Source: Eledone cirrhosa (Eukaryota). From it: a DNA stretch of 64,000 nucleotides. This document shows, in pieces, positions 13,801 through 27,056 of this stretch (position 1 is its first letter; each line of letters starts with the position of its first letter). The stretch is from the NCBI GenBank assembly GCA_964016885.1, contig OZ024742.1, forward strand, positions 263,996,001 to 264,060,000, given 5' to 3'. The notes beneath the pieces were generated by a model. The model saw only the letters and a list, made by a program, of their open reading frames with translations. It had not been told where the DNA came from and did no database searches. The position numbers were made by a program, and so were the translations under genes.

Positions 13801-14185
13801 AAGGAGGGGGGGGGGGGGAGAAAAAGAGAGGAGAGACAGAGAGAGAGAGGTGAGAGAGGGGATAGAGAGAGATGAGTGATAGGAGAGATAGGGATAGATA
13901 GGTGAGAGATAGGTGAGAGAGACGGGAGATAGGAGAGGGAAAGAGAGGAGAGAGAAGAGAGAGAGAGGGGAAGAGAAGAGAGAAAGGGGAGAGATAGGGG
14001 ATAGAGAGGGAAGAGAGAGAGGAGAGATAGGGGATAGAGAGGGAAGAGAGAGAGAAGAGAGGAGAGAGAAAGAGAGGAGAGAAAAGAAAGAGAGGAGAGA
14101 GAAAAAGAGAGAGAAGAGAGAGAGAGAGAGGGGAGACAGGAGAGAGAAAGAGAGGAGAGAGAAGAGAGAGAGGGGAGGGGAAGAT
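13801..14185. repeat. Polypurine GA-rich low-complexity tract
   Basis: Almost only G/A for about 380 bp, with short internal repeats such as ggagagataggggatagagagggaagagagaga. Confidence 0.9.
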
Positions 14186-14254
14186 GAGTGAAAATGAGTG
14201 AGTAAAAGAAAACAAAGCAAATCAGAGAGGAACAGCTAATCACTAAGTAAAAGG

Positions 14255-16790
14255 TTGGAAGAGAGAATATATAATGAGAAAAGACATTGGAAAGCTTGAG
14301 TCTTTACTAAATGGGACATTACAAAACATAGACACTAAAGATAGATTGAAAATAAAATACAAAACTAAGAGAACAGAGCTAAATGTTATCATAGAGGAAC
14401 TAAAGCAACGCATAGTAGCAAAAAGCGGAAATATTAGGCGGTATGAGAACAGAGTTAGTAAGTATGGACAGAACCGCATGTTTGACAACAACCAGATATA
14501 ATTTGAACAGCTTGAAGGGAAAGAAAGAGGTAACAACGTGATGCCTGAGGCTGAACAGGCTAAGCTGGATGTTGAACATAATAGTCAGGCAGTGTGCATT
14601 GAGACAGTTAAAAAGGAGATTAGTGAACAAGCACACCAACCTGATTTGAGTATCACAGCTGAAACTCTTAAAAAGCAGGCCAAAAAACTAACCAACTGGA
14701 AATCACCAGGTCCAGATGGTGTGCAAGGATATTGATTAAAAAATATAACATCCCTCCACCCAAAACTAACAGCCATGTTCAATGACTGCTTGGTGTCGGG
14801 TGATGTACCAGAGTGGTTGACAAAAGGTACCACAGTTCTGGTAATGAATGACAGAATCAAGGGTAATAACGTTACCATCTATAGGCCTATCACATGTCTG
14901 TCGGTAATGTGGAAACTGCTAACAAGCATTGTGTCTGAGGAAATCTACTATCACCTCCACATAAACAACTTATTACCGGGCGAATAGAAAGGATGCCGAA
15001 AGGAGTCCCGTGGCACAAAAGACCAGTTACTTATTGATAAGATGGTAATAAGGCATTGCAAGAGGAGGCATACTAGTCTTGCCATGGGATGGATAGATTA
15101 CATCAGACAGCTATTAAGTAAAAGTATGAAGTCCTGGGAAACAGAGCTAACATCAGGTGGAGAATCCTTGGGAGGCGTGAAGATCAAGAAAGGTAACTTC
15201 CAGGGAGATAGTTTGTCCCCTTTGTTGTTTGTCCTTATCCTCATACTCTTGTCCCTCATTTTGCGAAAAGTGAGAGCAGGATACACCTCCTCGTCATGGA
15301 GGATCTAAACCTCTTTAGGAAATCGAGAATGAATTGGATGTACTGGTTAACACTGTCCATATTTTAAGCAATGATATATGTATGGAATTTGGTATTAATA
15401 AGTGTGGTGCCCTAGTGATGAAGAAGTGTAAATTGAATAGAAGCAACGGAATCCAGGTACCAACAGGTGAGATGATAATGCAAATTGACACTGAAGAAGC
15501 AGACAAATGTTTGGGTGTTCTGGAGGCAGATGACATAAAAAAAATGAACGAATTGGTAAGATCTGAATACATAAGGTGAATAAGGAACATACTAAATTCA
15601 CATCTAAATAGTAGGAATGCCATAAGTGCAGTAAATTCCCGAGCTGTGTCTATTATTAGGTACTGTGCGGGAATTCTGAGATGGAATGTTGCTGAACAAA
15701 AAAAAAATGGATAGGAAGACTAGGAAGCTATTGACTATCTACAACATGTTCCACAAGAGGAGTGATGTCGATAGACTCTACTTAAAGAGATCTGATTGTG
15801 GAAGAGGTCTTATCAGCATAGAGGACTGTGTTCAGATGAAGAAAAACAGTCTGCACAAATATGTGTCTGACAGTAGGGAGCCAATGCTCAAAGTTGTACT
15901 GAAGAAGACAATAGACCAGGGGATGTCGAAGGAGGAAATAACAACAAGGAAAAAGAGCAACCTTCATGAAAAATCCCTTCATAGTACCTTCTTTAAGAAA
16001 ACAGAATTCAGAGACCCACAGACATGGAACTGGTTAAAAATTGGAGACCTTGAAAAAGCTACAGAAGGAATGATAATGGCTGCACAAGAGCAGGCCCTCA
16101 GAACGAAGTGTGTGAAACACCATATTGACAAGGATGAGGCTAGTTCTTTGTGTAGGATCTGTGGAGATGGAGAGAGAGAGGAGACCGTGGCTCACATTGT
16201 ATCCGAGTGTAAACACCTAGCCCAGACTCACTATAAAGGCTGGACACATGATGTGATGGGCAGGGTGATCCACTGGCACATGTGCAAACTAAACAATTTA
16301 CCACATTCTGAGAAATGGTATGAGCATAAGCCAGAGTCGGTGATAGAAAACGATCAGGTGAAGGTGCTGTGGGATTTTAGGATACAGACGGACAAGAAAT
16401 TAGAACACAATAGACCTGACCCGGTGGTTTTGGACAAGGAAAAAAGATCGTGCCTGATTGTAGATGTAGCCTGCCCATTTAACACGAGATTGCAAGAAAG
16501 GGAGGGGAAAATTAACCGATACCAGAATGTTTTGTGGGAGTTAAAAAGGATTTGGAACTGTCATGTGACCAAGGTCGTCCCGATTGTCATAGGAGCACTA
16601 GGTACTATCTCAAAGAGTTTTCAAGAATGGTTAAAGAAGATTAGTCCAGCCCCGTTTTTTGGAACACTTCAAAAGGCATGTTTGCTGGGAACAGCAATAA
16701 CCCTCCGATACGTCCTGAATATCTGAGGCTGCAGGTATCGGCTCGATGTTCATTTGAACAAACTTTCCTGTTTAAATAACATCAAGATCA
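14255..16790 (+). mobile_element. R4/Dong-type RLE retrotransposon, 5'-truncated and decayed
   Basis: [41 protein letters not shown]...ETVAHIVSEC and RPDPVVLD...IVDVACP motifs, with several stops and deletions. Same family as 18138-25565. Confidence 0.92.
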
Positions 16791-16859
16791 CAGCTTATTG
16801 ACTCGTAATTACCAGGCCAATGTGATGAGAAACGGAATAAAGCCACAGTGCCGATTCAC

Positions 16860-18025
16860 GCGAACTGGGATGCGGGAGATCTGTGTCAGTTTACGCAGAC
16901 GACGTCACGGTGGTGGTGTCGAGCACCAAACACGTCCAGATGCTCGGCACCGCTCTCAAGGAATACGAAGCGGTGACAGGAGCAAAGATAAACCAGGAAA
17001 AGTCGGTGGGCTTGCAACTCGGCACCTGGAAAAGCAATAAGACCGAGGGATAGCGCTTGGAAGCTGGAATGTCTCCAAGCGCTCACCGCCCTCTACCAGC
17101 TGCGCACTAATATCGGTGGAACATCCACCTCGGCCTTCTATAGAGGGCTAGTGGAGGGAAAGAGCGACGACATTATCGGGGAGACCCTGGGCGTCGAAGA
17201 CGATCAGCTGTTCGCTCTCTTTAAGAGAACTTTCAGACGGGGGCCAATGGACAACTTCCAGAAATCTCTGGCCTGGCGGTGCTACCGGGGAGCGTTGCCG
17301 GTTCGGGATAAGCTCTACAGGCACGGAGGTGCTGTCAGCCGAGCATATCCGAGATGCGCGCAGGGTGACGAAATCGTCCTGCACGCACACGTTCAGTGCC
17401 CGAGGATTGCTGACTTGTGGATCTATGTCAAACAGCTGCTGTCGCGTGTAGGACGGATCCGGTTATCGACTGACTCCATTGTGCAGATAGCCCCGCCCTC
17501 TTCCTTTAAAGAGGAGGAAGGGCAGGCGGTTTTCATCTGCCTGGTGGCCATGTCGAAAGAGATTGTGTGGTGGACAAGGTTGAAAAGGTTTAAGACGGAC
17601 ACTTTCCTCTCCGGCCAATCCAAGATTAACTTTTTCAAGTTTCAATTGAACAGGAAAATCAGGTTGGAGAGTAAGTTTGTTGAAAGGTGGGTGAATGTGC
17701 CGTCTGGTCCGAGTGAACAGGCTCGCTCTGAGTATACGCCTGTAGACTGAGGAGTGGGAAAATTGAGAGAGGGCGCTTGCCTTGGTGGTCAGGGTGGCCC
17801 TGGTCTTTTGTGTGGTTTTCACCACGAGTGACCCTCGGAGGTTTCCGCCTTTTGGGGGAATTTTTATTAATTGAATTTTTTTCATTTCTATCCCGATTTC
17901 TATCTTGTTATAACCTATTTACACGATCAAAACCCACTTTGTATCGTCCTGTACTGTTCTGTGCCATCTCTAATGTTTTTCTTCGTGTCAGCCCTTGTGG
18001 CCAATAAAGAAACCATTATTATTAT
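16860..18025 (+). mobile_element. Tx1/L1-type LINE 3' fragment with internal deletions
   Basis: VSVYADDVTV remnant, then LAWRCYRGALPV...YPRCAQGDEIVLHAHVQCP (zf-RVT-like), AATAAA and an (ATT)n tail. Confidence 0.85.
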
Positions 18026-18028
18026 TTA

Positions 18029-18142
18029 TTTCAAATCCCGCCAAGGTTAACTTAGCCTTCCATCCTTACGGGGTCGATAAAATAAAGTACCAGTAATGTA
18101 CTGGGTATTTGCTGGCCTTGTGCCAAAAGTAGAAACAATTAT
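18029..18142 (+). mobile_element. Partial SINE
   Basis: B-box remnant, core and tail matching 6532-6728. Confidence 0.85.
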
Positions 18143-21100
18143 TATTGTTATTGTTGTTATTCCTTGAATCTCAGTCATTGATGTTGGTTAACTGGAAAGT
18201 CCGTTGGAATGAATATCAAGCCACTACCTGCAGCCTCAGATATTCAGGACGTATCGGAGGGTTCTTGCTGTTCCAAGCAAGCATGCCTTTTGAAGCGTTC
18301 CAAAAAGCGTGAAGGGGCCGTTTTTCTTTAACCATCCCTGGAAACTTTTGGAGATAGTCCCCAGTGCGCCTATGACAATCGGGATCACTTTGACTTCATG
18401 GCAGTTCCAAATCCTTTTCACCTCCCACTTTAGGTCCTGGTATCGGTTAATTTTCTCCCTCTCCTTCTCTTGCACTCTCGTGTCGAACGGGCAGGCCACA
18501 TCCACAATCAGACACGATCTTTTTTCTTTGTCCACAACCACCAGGTCAGGTCTATTGTGTTCCAGTTTTTTGTCCGTCTGTATCCTAAAATCCCACAGCA
18601 CCTTCACCTGATTGTTCTCCATCACCGCCTCCGGCCTATGCTCATACCATTTCTCAGAATGTGGTAAATTGTTTACTTTGCACAGGTGCCAGTGGATCAC
18701 CCTGCCCATCACATTGTGTCTCCAGCCCTTATAGTGGGTCTGGGCTAGGTGTTTACACTCGGACACAATGTGAGCCACAGTCTCCTCTCTCTCTCCACAG
18801 ATCCTGCACAGTGGGCTAGCCTCCTCCTTGTAAATATGGTGCTTCAACCACTTCGTTTTGAGGGCCTGCTCCTGCGCAGCCATTATCATTCCTTCTGTAG
18901 CCTTTTTGAGGTCTCCTCTTCTCAACCAGTTCCATGTCTGTGGATATCTAAATTCAGTTTTCTCAAAGAAGGTACTATGAAGGGATTTTCCCTTAAGGCT
19001 GCTCTTCCTCCTTGATGTTATTTCCTCCTTGGACATCCCCTGGCCTACTGTCCCCTCCTTCAGTACAGTTTTGAGCATTGGTTCCTTACTATAGGTCACG
19101 TATTTGAATAGGTTGTTTTTCTCCATCTGAACACAGTCCTCTATGCTGATAAGACCTCTTCCACCCTCAGATCTCCTTAGGTAGAGTCTATCGACATCAC
19201 TCCTCTTGTGGAACATGTTGTAGATAGTCAATAGCTTCCTAGTCTTCCTATCCATTTCTTTTTGTTCAGCAACATTCCATCTCAGAATTCCCGCACTGTA
19301 CCTAATAATAGACACAGCTCGGGAATTTACTGCGCTTATGGCATTTCTGCTGTTCAGATGTGACTTCAATACGCTCCTTACTCTCCGAATGTATTCAGTT
19401 CTTAACAATTCCTTCATTTTTTTGTTCTTTATGCCATCAGCCTCCAGAACGCCCAAATACTTGTATCCTTCCTCAGAGTCAATTTCCTTTATCATCTCAC
19501 CTGTTGGTATCTAGATCCCGCTACTTCTGCTCAACCTACCCCTCCTCATCACAATGACTCCACATTTACCAATACCAAACTGCATACATATATCACTGCT
19601 GAAAATATGGACAGTGTCAACAAGCACATCCAACTCCTTCTCACTTTTCCCGAAGAGCTTAAGATCGTCCATGAAGAGGAGGTGATTGATGGTAAGCTCT
19701 CCCCTTCCCAACTTGTATCCTGCTCTCACTTTTCGCAGCATAATGGTCAAGGGCATTAGGGCAAGGACAAACAACAGAGGGGACAGGCTATCTCCCTGGA
19801 AGATACCTCTCTTGATCTTCACGCTTCCCAAGGATACTCCAGTTGATGTCAACTCTGTCTCCCAGGACCCCATACTCCTGCCCAGCAACTGTCTGATGTT
19901 ATCTGCCACCCTGAAGATCTCCAGGCTTTTGGTGATCCAAGAATGAGGCACCATGTCAAATGCCTTTCTGTAGTCTATCCATCCCATGGCAAGATCAGTG
20001 TGTCTCCTCCTGCAATTCCCCATTACCATCTTATCAATAAGTAACTGGTCCTTTGTACCACGTGACTTCTTTCGGCATCCTTTCTGTTCGTCCGGTAACA
20101 AGTTGTTTGTGTGGAGGTGATGGTAGATTTCCTCAGACACAATGCTCGTCAACAGTTTCCACATTACGGACAGACATGTGATAGGTCTATAGTTGGTAAC
20201 ATCATTACCCTTGATTCGGTCTTTCATTATCAGAACTGTGGTACCTTTTGTCAACCACTCTGGCACCTCACCCGACACCAAGCAGTCATTGAACATGGCC
20301 GTCAACTTCGGGTGGAGGGATGTTAAATGTTTAATCCAATACCCCTGCACACCATCTGGGCCTGGTGATTTCCAGTTGGTTAGTTTTTTGGCCTGCCCCT
20401 TAAGAGTTTCAACTGTGATACTCAAATCAGTTTGTTGTTGTGCCTGCTCACCGATCTCCCTCTGTACTGTCTCAATCCACCCTGCCTGGGCATTATGTCT
20501 AACATCCTGCTCCCATATTCCTCTCCAGAATGTTTTAGTTTGTTCCGCCCGAGGGATCAAGTCGTTGCCTCTTTCTTTCCCCTCAAGCTGTCCAAACAGC
20601 ATCTTCTGGTTGTTGTCGAACATGCGGTTCTGTTTATACTGACTGACTCTGTTCTCGTATCGCCTGATTTTTGCACTCTTTGCTACAATGCGTTGCTTCA
20701 GTTCCTCTATGATAATATTTAGCTTTTTCCTCCTAGTTTTGTACTTTATTTCCAGTCTATTTTTAGTGCCTATGTTTTTTAGTGTCCCATTCAGTAGTGA
20801 CTCAAGCTTTCCTATGTCATTTCTCATTTCCCCGATTTGCCCACTCAGTCGCTTCTTCCACCACGGCTCTGCTCTTTCTTGTCTGTTGTTTCCTCTCGCT
20901 TTTATACCAAGTAGTTTCCTCACCGTATTTGCTGTTGCTTTGAGGATATTGTTGCACTGGTGAAGGCTCCTCGCCTCAAGGTATGGGATGACTTTGTTTA
21001 CCTTAGCTGTTGTTTCTTTTAACTTTTTCCTGTCTACAAATCTTAGGTTCATAGGTCTCCCACTATCATTGTTCAATTCATCTACCACTAAATTTAGGAT

Positions 21101-21824
21101 GTCAACCGAATCTTGTCCTAGCCCGTCAGCATTCATCTCCTCAGTGGCCGTATCTCTGTTCCAGGTATTATTTATCTCAGTATTCAGATCATTGTCTGCT
21201 TCGGGTGGTTCCTCCGTTCTCAGGACCTCTTCACCTTCATTTCCCACTGGCTCGCTTGTCTGGCATACTACACCCGCCATCTCCAAGCCATTCTCTCTGC
21301 TCAGTTCCTCCAGTTCCAGCTCGCTTATCCACCCATTAGTTCTTATTACCCGAGCCTGCCCGGCCAATTTTTGTTCATCTAATTTAAATAAACCAATCTC
21401 GTTCCAGATGTTATGCATCCGTCTCCTGTAGCCCCTCTCCTTGGGGTTACTTTTCAGGTAGCATTGCATAACAGTTCTATTCAATTCTTTCGTCCAGTTG
21501 GTTCTGGCCCCTTTCCTTCTTCTTCTTCCTCCAACATCAGCAGTATTTGGTTGACAGTCAGGTTCCTGCTGCTGAGCCAGGGGGCACCTGTTGGGTGAGA
21601 GTCTGTCACATGACGTTCTAGTCTCCATTTCACCGTTATTCGAACTGTTTATGTTCGATATTTAAACACCCTTATCGAGGATTGGCGAATGTATGGTTAC
21701 ATAGCCATCTGTGGATCCGCCATCCCACTTGGCCCTTGTGTGGCATTATCACCACGCTGTATACGAACACACATAAACAAACAAACACACAGGCAGAAAG
21801 GGCCCCAAAAATGAATAAGCATAA

Positions 21825-21826
<2 letters not shown>
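18138..21826 (-). mobile_element. Full-length R4/Dong-type RLE retrotransposon, copy 1
   Basis: Single long reading frame with RT, CCHC and RLE domains, a short 3' UTR, and (TAA)n-like tracts at both ends. Confidence 0.95.
18236..21628 (-). pseudogene. RT-RLE polyprotein (~1130 aa) interrupted by a single TAG at 19511-19513
   Basis: ORFs 19511-21628 and 18236-19495 are in the same frame; copy 2 has CAG (GIQIPTGEM) at this position. Motifs [49 protein letters not shown] and RPDLVVVD...IVDVACP...KEREKINRYQDL. Confidence 0.95.

Positions 21827-21880
<54 letters not shown>
21826..21880. repeat. (TAA)n tract separating the two Dong-type copies
   Basis: Directly visible. Confidence 0.97.
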
Positions 21881-21881
<1 letters not shown>

Positions 21882-24800
21882 GTTCTTTGAGTCTCAGTCA
21901 TTGATGTTAGTTAACTGGAAAGTTTGTTGAAATGAATATCAAGCCACTACCTGCAGCCTCAGATATTCAGGACGTATCGGAGGGTTCTTGCTGTTCCCAG
22001 CAAGCATGCCTTTTGAAGCGTTCCAAGAAGCGTGAAGGGGCCAATTTTCTTTAACCATCCCTGGAAACTTTTGGAGATAGTCCCTAGTGCGCCTATGACA
22101 ATCGGGATCACTTTGGCTTCATGGCTGTTCCAAATCCTGTTTACCTCCCACTTTAGGTCCTGGTATCGGTTAATTTTCTCCCTCTCCTCTTGCACTCTCG
22201 TGTCGAATGGGCAGGCCACATCCACAATCAGACACGATCTTTTTTCTTTGTCCACAACCACCAGGTCAGGTCTATTGTGTTCCAGTTTCTTGTCCGTCTG
22301 TATCCTAAAATCCCACAGCACCTTCACCTGATTGTTCTCCATCACCGCCTCCGGCCTATGCTCATACCATTTCTCAGAATGTGGTAAATTGTTTACTTTG
22401 CACAGGTGCCAGTGGATCACCCTGCCCATCGCATCGTGTCTCCAGCCCTTATAGTGGGTCTGGGCTAGGTGTTTACACTCGGACACAATGTGAGCCACAG
22501 TCTCCTCTCTCTCTCCACAGATCCTGCACAGTGGGCTAGCCTCCTCCTTGTAAATATGGTGCTTCAACCACTTCGTTTTGAGGGCCTGCTCCTGCGCAGC
22601 CATTATCATTCCTTCTGTAGCCTTTTTGAGGTCTCCTCTTCTCAACCAGTTCCATGTCTGTGGATCTCTGAATTCAGTTTTCTCAAAGAAGGTACTATGA
22701 AGGGATTTTTCATGAAGGCTGCTCTTTCTTCTTGTTGTTATTTCCTCCTTGGACATCCCCTGGTCTATTGTCCTCCACTTCAGTACAGTTCTGAGCATTG
22801 GCTCCTTACTATCAGCCACGTATTTGTGTAGGTTGTTTTTCTCCATCTGAACACAGTCCTCTATGCTGATAAGACCTCTTCCACCTTCAGATCTCCTTAA
22901 GTAGAGTCTATCGACATCACTCCTCTTGTGGAACATGTTGTAGATAGTCAATAGCTTCCTACTCTTCCTATCCATTTCTTTTGGTCAACAACATTCCATC
23001 TCAGAATTCCCGCACTGTACCTAATAATAGACACAGCTCGGGAATTTACTGCACTTATGGCATTCCTACTGTTCAGATGTGACTTTAATACGCTCCTTAC
23101 TCTCCCAATGTATTCAGATCTTATCAATTCCTTCATTTATTTTGTTCTTGATGTCATCAGCCTCCAGAACACCCAAATACTTGTATCCTTCTTCAGTGTC
23201 AATTTCCTTTATCATCTCACCTGTTGGTATCTGGATTCCGTTACTTCTGCTCAATTTACCCCTCTTCATCACAAGATCTCCACACTTACTAATACCAAAT
23301 TGCATACATATATCATTGCTGAAAATACGGACAGTGTCAACAAGCACATCCAACTCCTTCTCACTCTTCCCGAAGAGTATAAGATCGTCCATGAAGAGGA
23401 GGTGATTGATGGTAAGCTCTCTCTTTCCCAACTTGTATCCTGCTCTCACTTTTCGCAGTATAATGGTCAGGGGCATCAGGGCAAGGACAAACAACAGAGG
23501 GGACAGACTATCTCCCTGGAAGATACCTCTCTTGATCTTCACGCCTCCCAAGGAATCTCCAGCTGATGTTAACTCTGTTTTCCAGGACTTCATACTTTTG
23601 CCCAACAACTGTCTGATGTTATCTGCCACCTTGAAGATCTCTAGGCTTTTGGTGATCCAAGAATGAGGCACCATGTCAAATACCTTTTTGTAGTCTATCC
23701 ATCCCATGGCAAGACCAGTGTGTCTCCTCTTGCAATTCCTCATTACCATCTTATCAATAAGTAACTGGTCCTTTGTACCACGGGACTTCTTTCGGAATCC
23801 TTTCTGTTCGTCTGGTAACAAGTTGTTTGTGTGGAGGTGATGGTAGATTTCCTCAGACATAATGCTTGTCAACAGTTTCCACATTACGGACAGACATGTG
23901 ATAGGTCTATAGTTGGTAACATCATTACCCTTGATTCGGTCTTTCATTATCAGAACTGTGGTACCTTTTGTCAACCACTCTGGTACCTCACCTGACATCA
24001 TGCAGTCATTGAACATGGTTGTCAGTTTGGGGTGGAGGGATGTTATATTTTTAATCCAATACCCCTGCACACCATCTGGGCCTGGTGATTTCCAGTTGGT
24101 TAGTTTTTGGCCTGCCGCTTAAGGGTTTCAACTGTGATACTCAAATCAGTTTGTTGGTGTGCCTGTTCACTAATCTTCTTTTGTACTGTCTCAATCCACA
24201 CTGCCTGGTCATTATGTTTAACATCCTGCTCCCATATTCCTCTCCAGAAGGTCTTAGTTTGTTCCGCCTCAGGGATCAAGTCGTTGCCTCTTTCTTTCCC
24301 TTCAAGCTGTCCAAATAGCAAGCATCTTCTGGTTGTTGTGAAACATTCAAACATGCGGTTCTGTCTATACTGACTGACTCTGCTCTGGTATCGCCTAATT
24401 TTTGCACTCTTTGCTACAATGCGCTGCTTCAGTTCCTCTATGATAATATTTAGCTTTTTCCTCCTAGTTTTGTACTTTATTTCCAGTCTATTTTTAGTGT
24501 CTATGTTTTTTAGTGTCCCATTCCGTAGGGACTCAAGCTTTCCAATGTCATTTCTCATTTCCCTGATTTGACCATTCAGTCGTGTCTTCCACCAAGGCTC
24601 TGATCTTTCTTGTTTGTTGTTTCCTCTCGCTTTTATGCCAAGTAATTTCCTCACCGCATTTGCTGTTGCTTTGAGGATATTGGTGCACTGGTGAAGGCTC
24701 CTCGCCTCAAGGTATGGGATGACTTTGTTTAACTTAGCTGTTGTTTCTTTTAACTTTTTCCTGTCTACAAATCTTAGGTTCATAGGTTTCCCACTATCAT

Positions 24801-25565
24801 TGTTCAATTCATCTACCACTAAGTTTAGGATATCAACCAAATCTTGTCCTAGCCCGTCAGCATTCATCTCCTCAATGGCCGTATCTTTGTTCCAGGTATT
24901 ATTTATTTCAGCATTCAGATCATTGTCTGCTTCCTCGGTTCTCTCAACCTCTTCACCTTCATTTCCCACTGGCTCGTTTGCCTGGCATACTCCACTCTCC
25001 ATTTCCAACATAATCTCTCTGCTCAGTTCCTCCAGTTCCAGCTCGCTTATCCACCCATTAGTTCTTATTACCCGAGCCTGCCCGGCCAATTTTTGTTCAT
25101 CTAATTTAAATAGACCAATCTCGTTCCAGATGTTATGCATCCGTTTCCTATAGCCTTTCTCCTTGGGGTTACTCTTCAGGTAACATTGCATAACAGTTCT
25201 ATTCAATTATTTCGTCCAGTTGGTTCTGGTTCCTTTCCTTCTTCTTCTTCCTCCGACACCAGCAGTATTTAGTTGACAGCCAGGTCCTTGCTGTTGAGCC
25301 AGGGAGCACCTGCTGGGTGAGAGTCTGTCACATGACATTCCAGTCTCCACTTCACCGTTATTCGAACTGTTTAGGTTCGACATTTAGACACCCTTATCGA
25401 GGATTGGTGAATGTATGGTTACATAACCACCGGTGATTTCATCACCTCCGGTGATTTCATCACTCCCGGTGATTTTTGTATGGCACTATCACGCTGTAGA
25501 CAAACATAAATAAACAAACAAACTAATAGGTAAAAAAAAAACCAAAAAGAATAAGCATAAGTTTC
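21881..25565 (-). mobile_element. Full-length R4/Dong-type retrotransposon, copy 2 (ATG at 25383, stop at 25207-25209, several frameshifts)
   Basis: ORF pieces 24100-25206, 23114-24070, 22948-23136 and 21959-22975 are collinear with copy 1. Confidence 0.95.
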
Positions 25566-25569
25566 ATTG

Positions 25570-26260
25570 TAATGTAATGTTTGAATGTCTGACTTAGTTT
25601 ATCTGTTCCCTTCTCTGTCTGTCTGTTTGTTTTTCTTTTCATTTTTCTTTTTTTACGCTTCTCGTTGTTGCTGTGCTGCTTTGATTTTGATTTTTGGTTT
25701 TTTGATTTTTTTGACCGGGTCATCAAATCAGTCTATTTATATCTTTTGATGCCTTCCTCTTTTAGTGGGGACACTACGATGCATGTCTTAGCAGGAGGTA
25801 GTGGGAGAGATAGCGACGGTAGTGATAATGAGGCAGTGGTGGTGGTGCTGTGCTAGTAGTACTTAGCAGGAGGTAGTGGGAGAGAATAACGGCGGTACCG
25901 ATAATGAGGCAGTGGTGGTGGGGATGTGATCGTAGTACTGTAGTGATGGTGTTGAAGTTGAAGTAGAAATAGAAGTTGAGGTAACTTGACTAGAGTTTTG
26001 GTGTGGTAGTGGTGATGGTGTTGGTGGTGAAATTATTTTTCTGTCTGTCCACTTAGCCATTTAGCTATTTAGCCATTTTGCATTTTCCTCTTTTTCGACT
26101 ATAACATTTCTGACCCAAAATTAAATATTAAATATTGGGGCCCTATGCCGTAAAGTGATGCGTTATGGCTTGCTGAGCGTGAAAACTGTAATCTTATTGT
26201 TCATTTGTAATAAGAATTATTCTATCACACTTGTTTTAAAGAAGTAAAAATCAAAAACTT
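25570..26260 (-). mobile_element. Tx1/L1-type 5' UTR and ORF1 remnant
   Basis: 5' sequence aagtttttgattttta...tttaaaacaa..gtgata...tacaaatg is homologous to 46658-46720 and is followed by Pro/Thr-rich and Lys-rich remnants. Confidence 0.55.
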
Positions 26261-26282
26261 TATTATTATTATTATTATTATT

Positions 26283-26420
26283 ATTATTTTCATTGTTATT
26301 TTTTGTTACATCCTCTGTTTTTGTTTTTTACACGCAGAAATGCCCATTTGTACCGTCCTGCATTGTCCTGCACTGTCCTTAATGTCTACTTTATGTAAAC
26401 CCTTGTGGTTAATAAAGAAA

Positions 26421-26488
<68 letters not shown>

Positions 26489-26489
26489 G
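26283..26489 (+). mobile_element. Tx1/L1-type 3' UTR fragment with (TTA)n tail
   Basis: Near-identical to 55820-55980 and to the reverse complement of 45150-45285. Confidence 0.85.
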
Positions 26490-27012
26490 TTTGGACGCAC
26501 ATGTATGAAAACGTACATGTCTGCGGGGGAAAAGGTTCGTAACTTTAAGCTGTTTTAAAGTATCATTTTTTTTGTATTTTCTTGTCGTTAACAAAACAAA
26601 AGGTACCCACTTTGGTTTCAAAGACGAGAGACCTCTCAATATTCGGGCTTTAAGCCCGAATATTCAGATTTATTTTAAAAAACTTCGAGAGAAATCGCTT
26701 CCCATCCCCCCCAAAAATGGAAACTTTCGACCTTGAAACGGTAAATAAGGTTCAGGTCAAAAGTTCAAAAGCAGCCACTGTAGATCTCACCACAACTACG
26801 ACTACTACAGACATGTCTGTCGACCATTCCACTGAATGTAAAGCCAAAACTCAAAAGCTACCATCACAACCGCTCCCTTCTGTGTAAGCAACAGTATCAT
26901 CTGAAAACGACATCACCACCACCACCACCACAACAACTCAGAACAACAACGACAATAATACCGACAGCTTCAATGTAAACACGGATGGTGATGGCAACAG
27001 CAACAACAAACA

Positions 27013-27056
<44 letters not shown>

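Noticed and set aside
19686-21598. Plus-strand ORFs over the Dong-type elements
   Set aside because: Antisense shadows of the RT frame with no recognisable domains.
21690-21826. HDV-like ribozyme at the 5' end of the Dong-type element
   Set aside because: A P1-like pairing (ggccctt/aagggcc) exists, but no convincing L3, P1.1 or J4/2 was found, and the pairing is not kept in copy 2.
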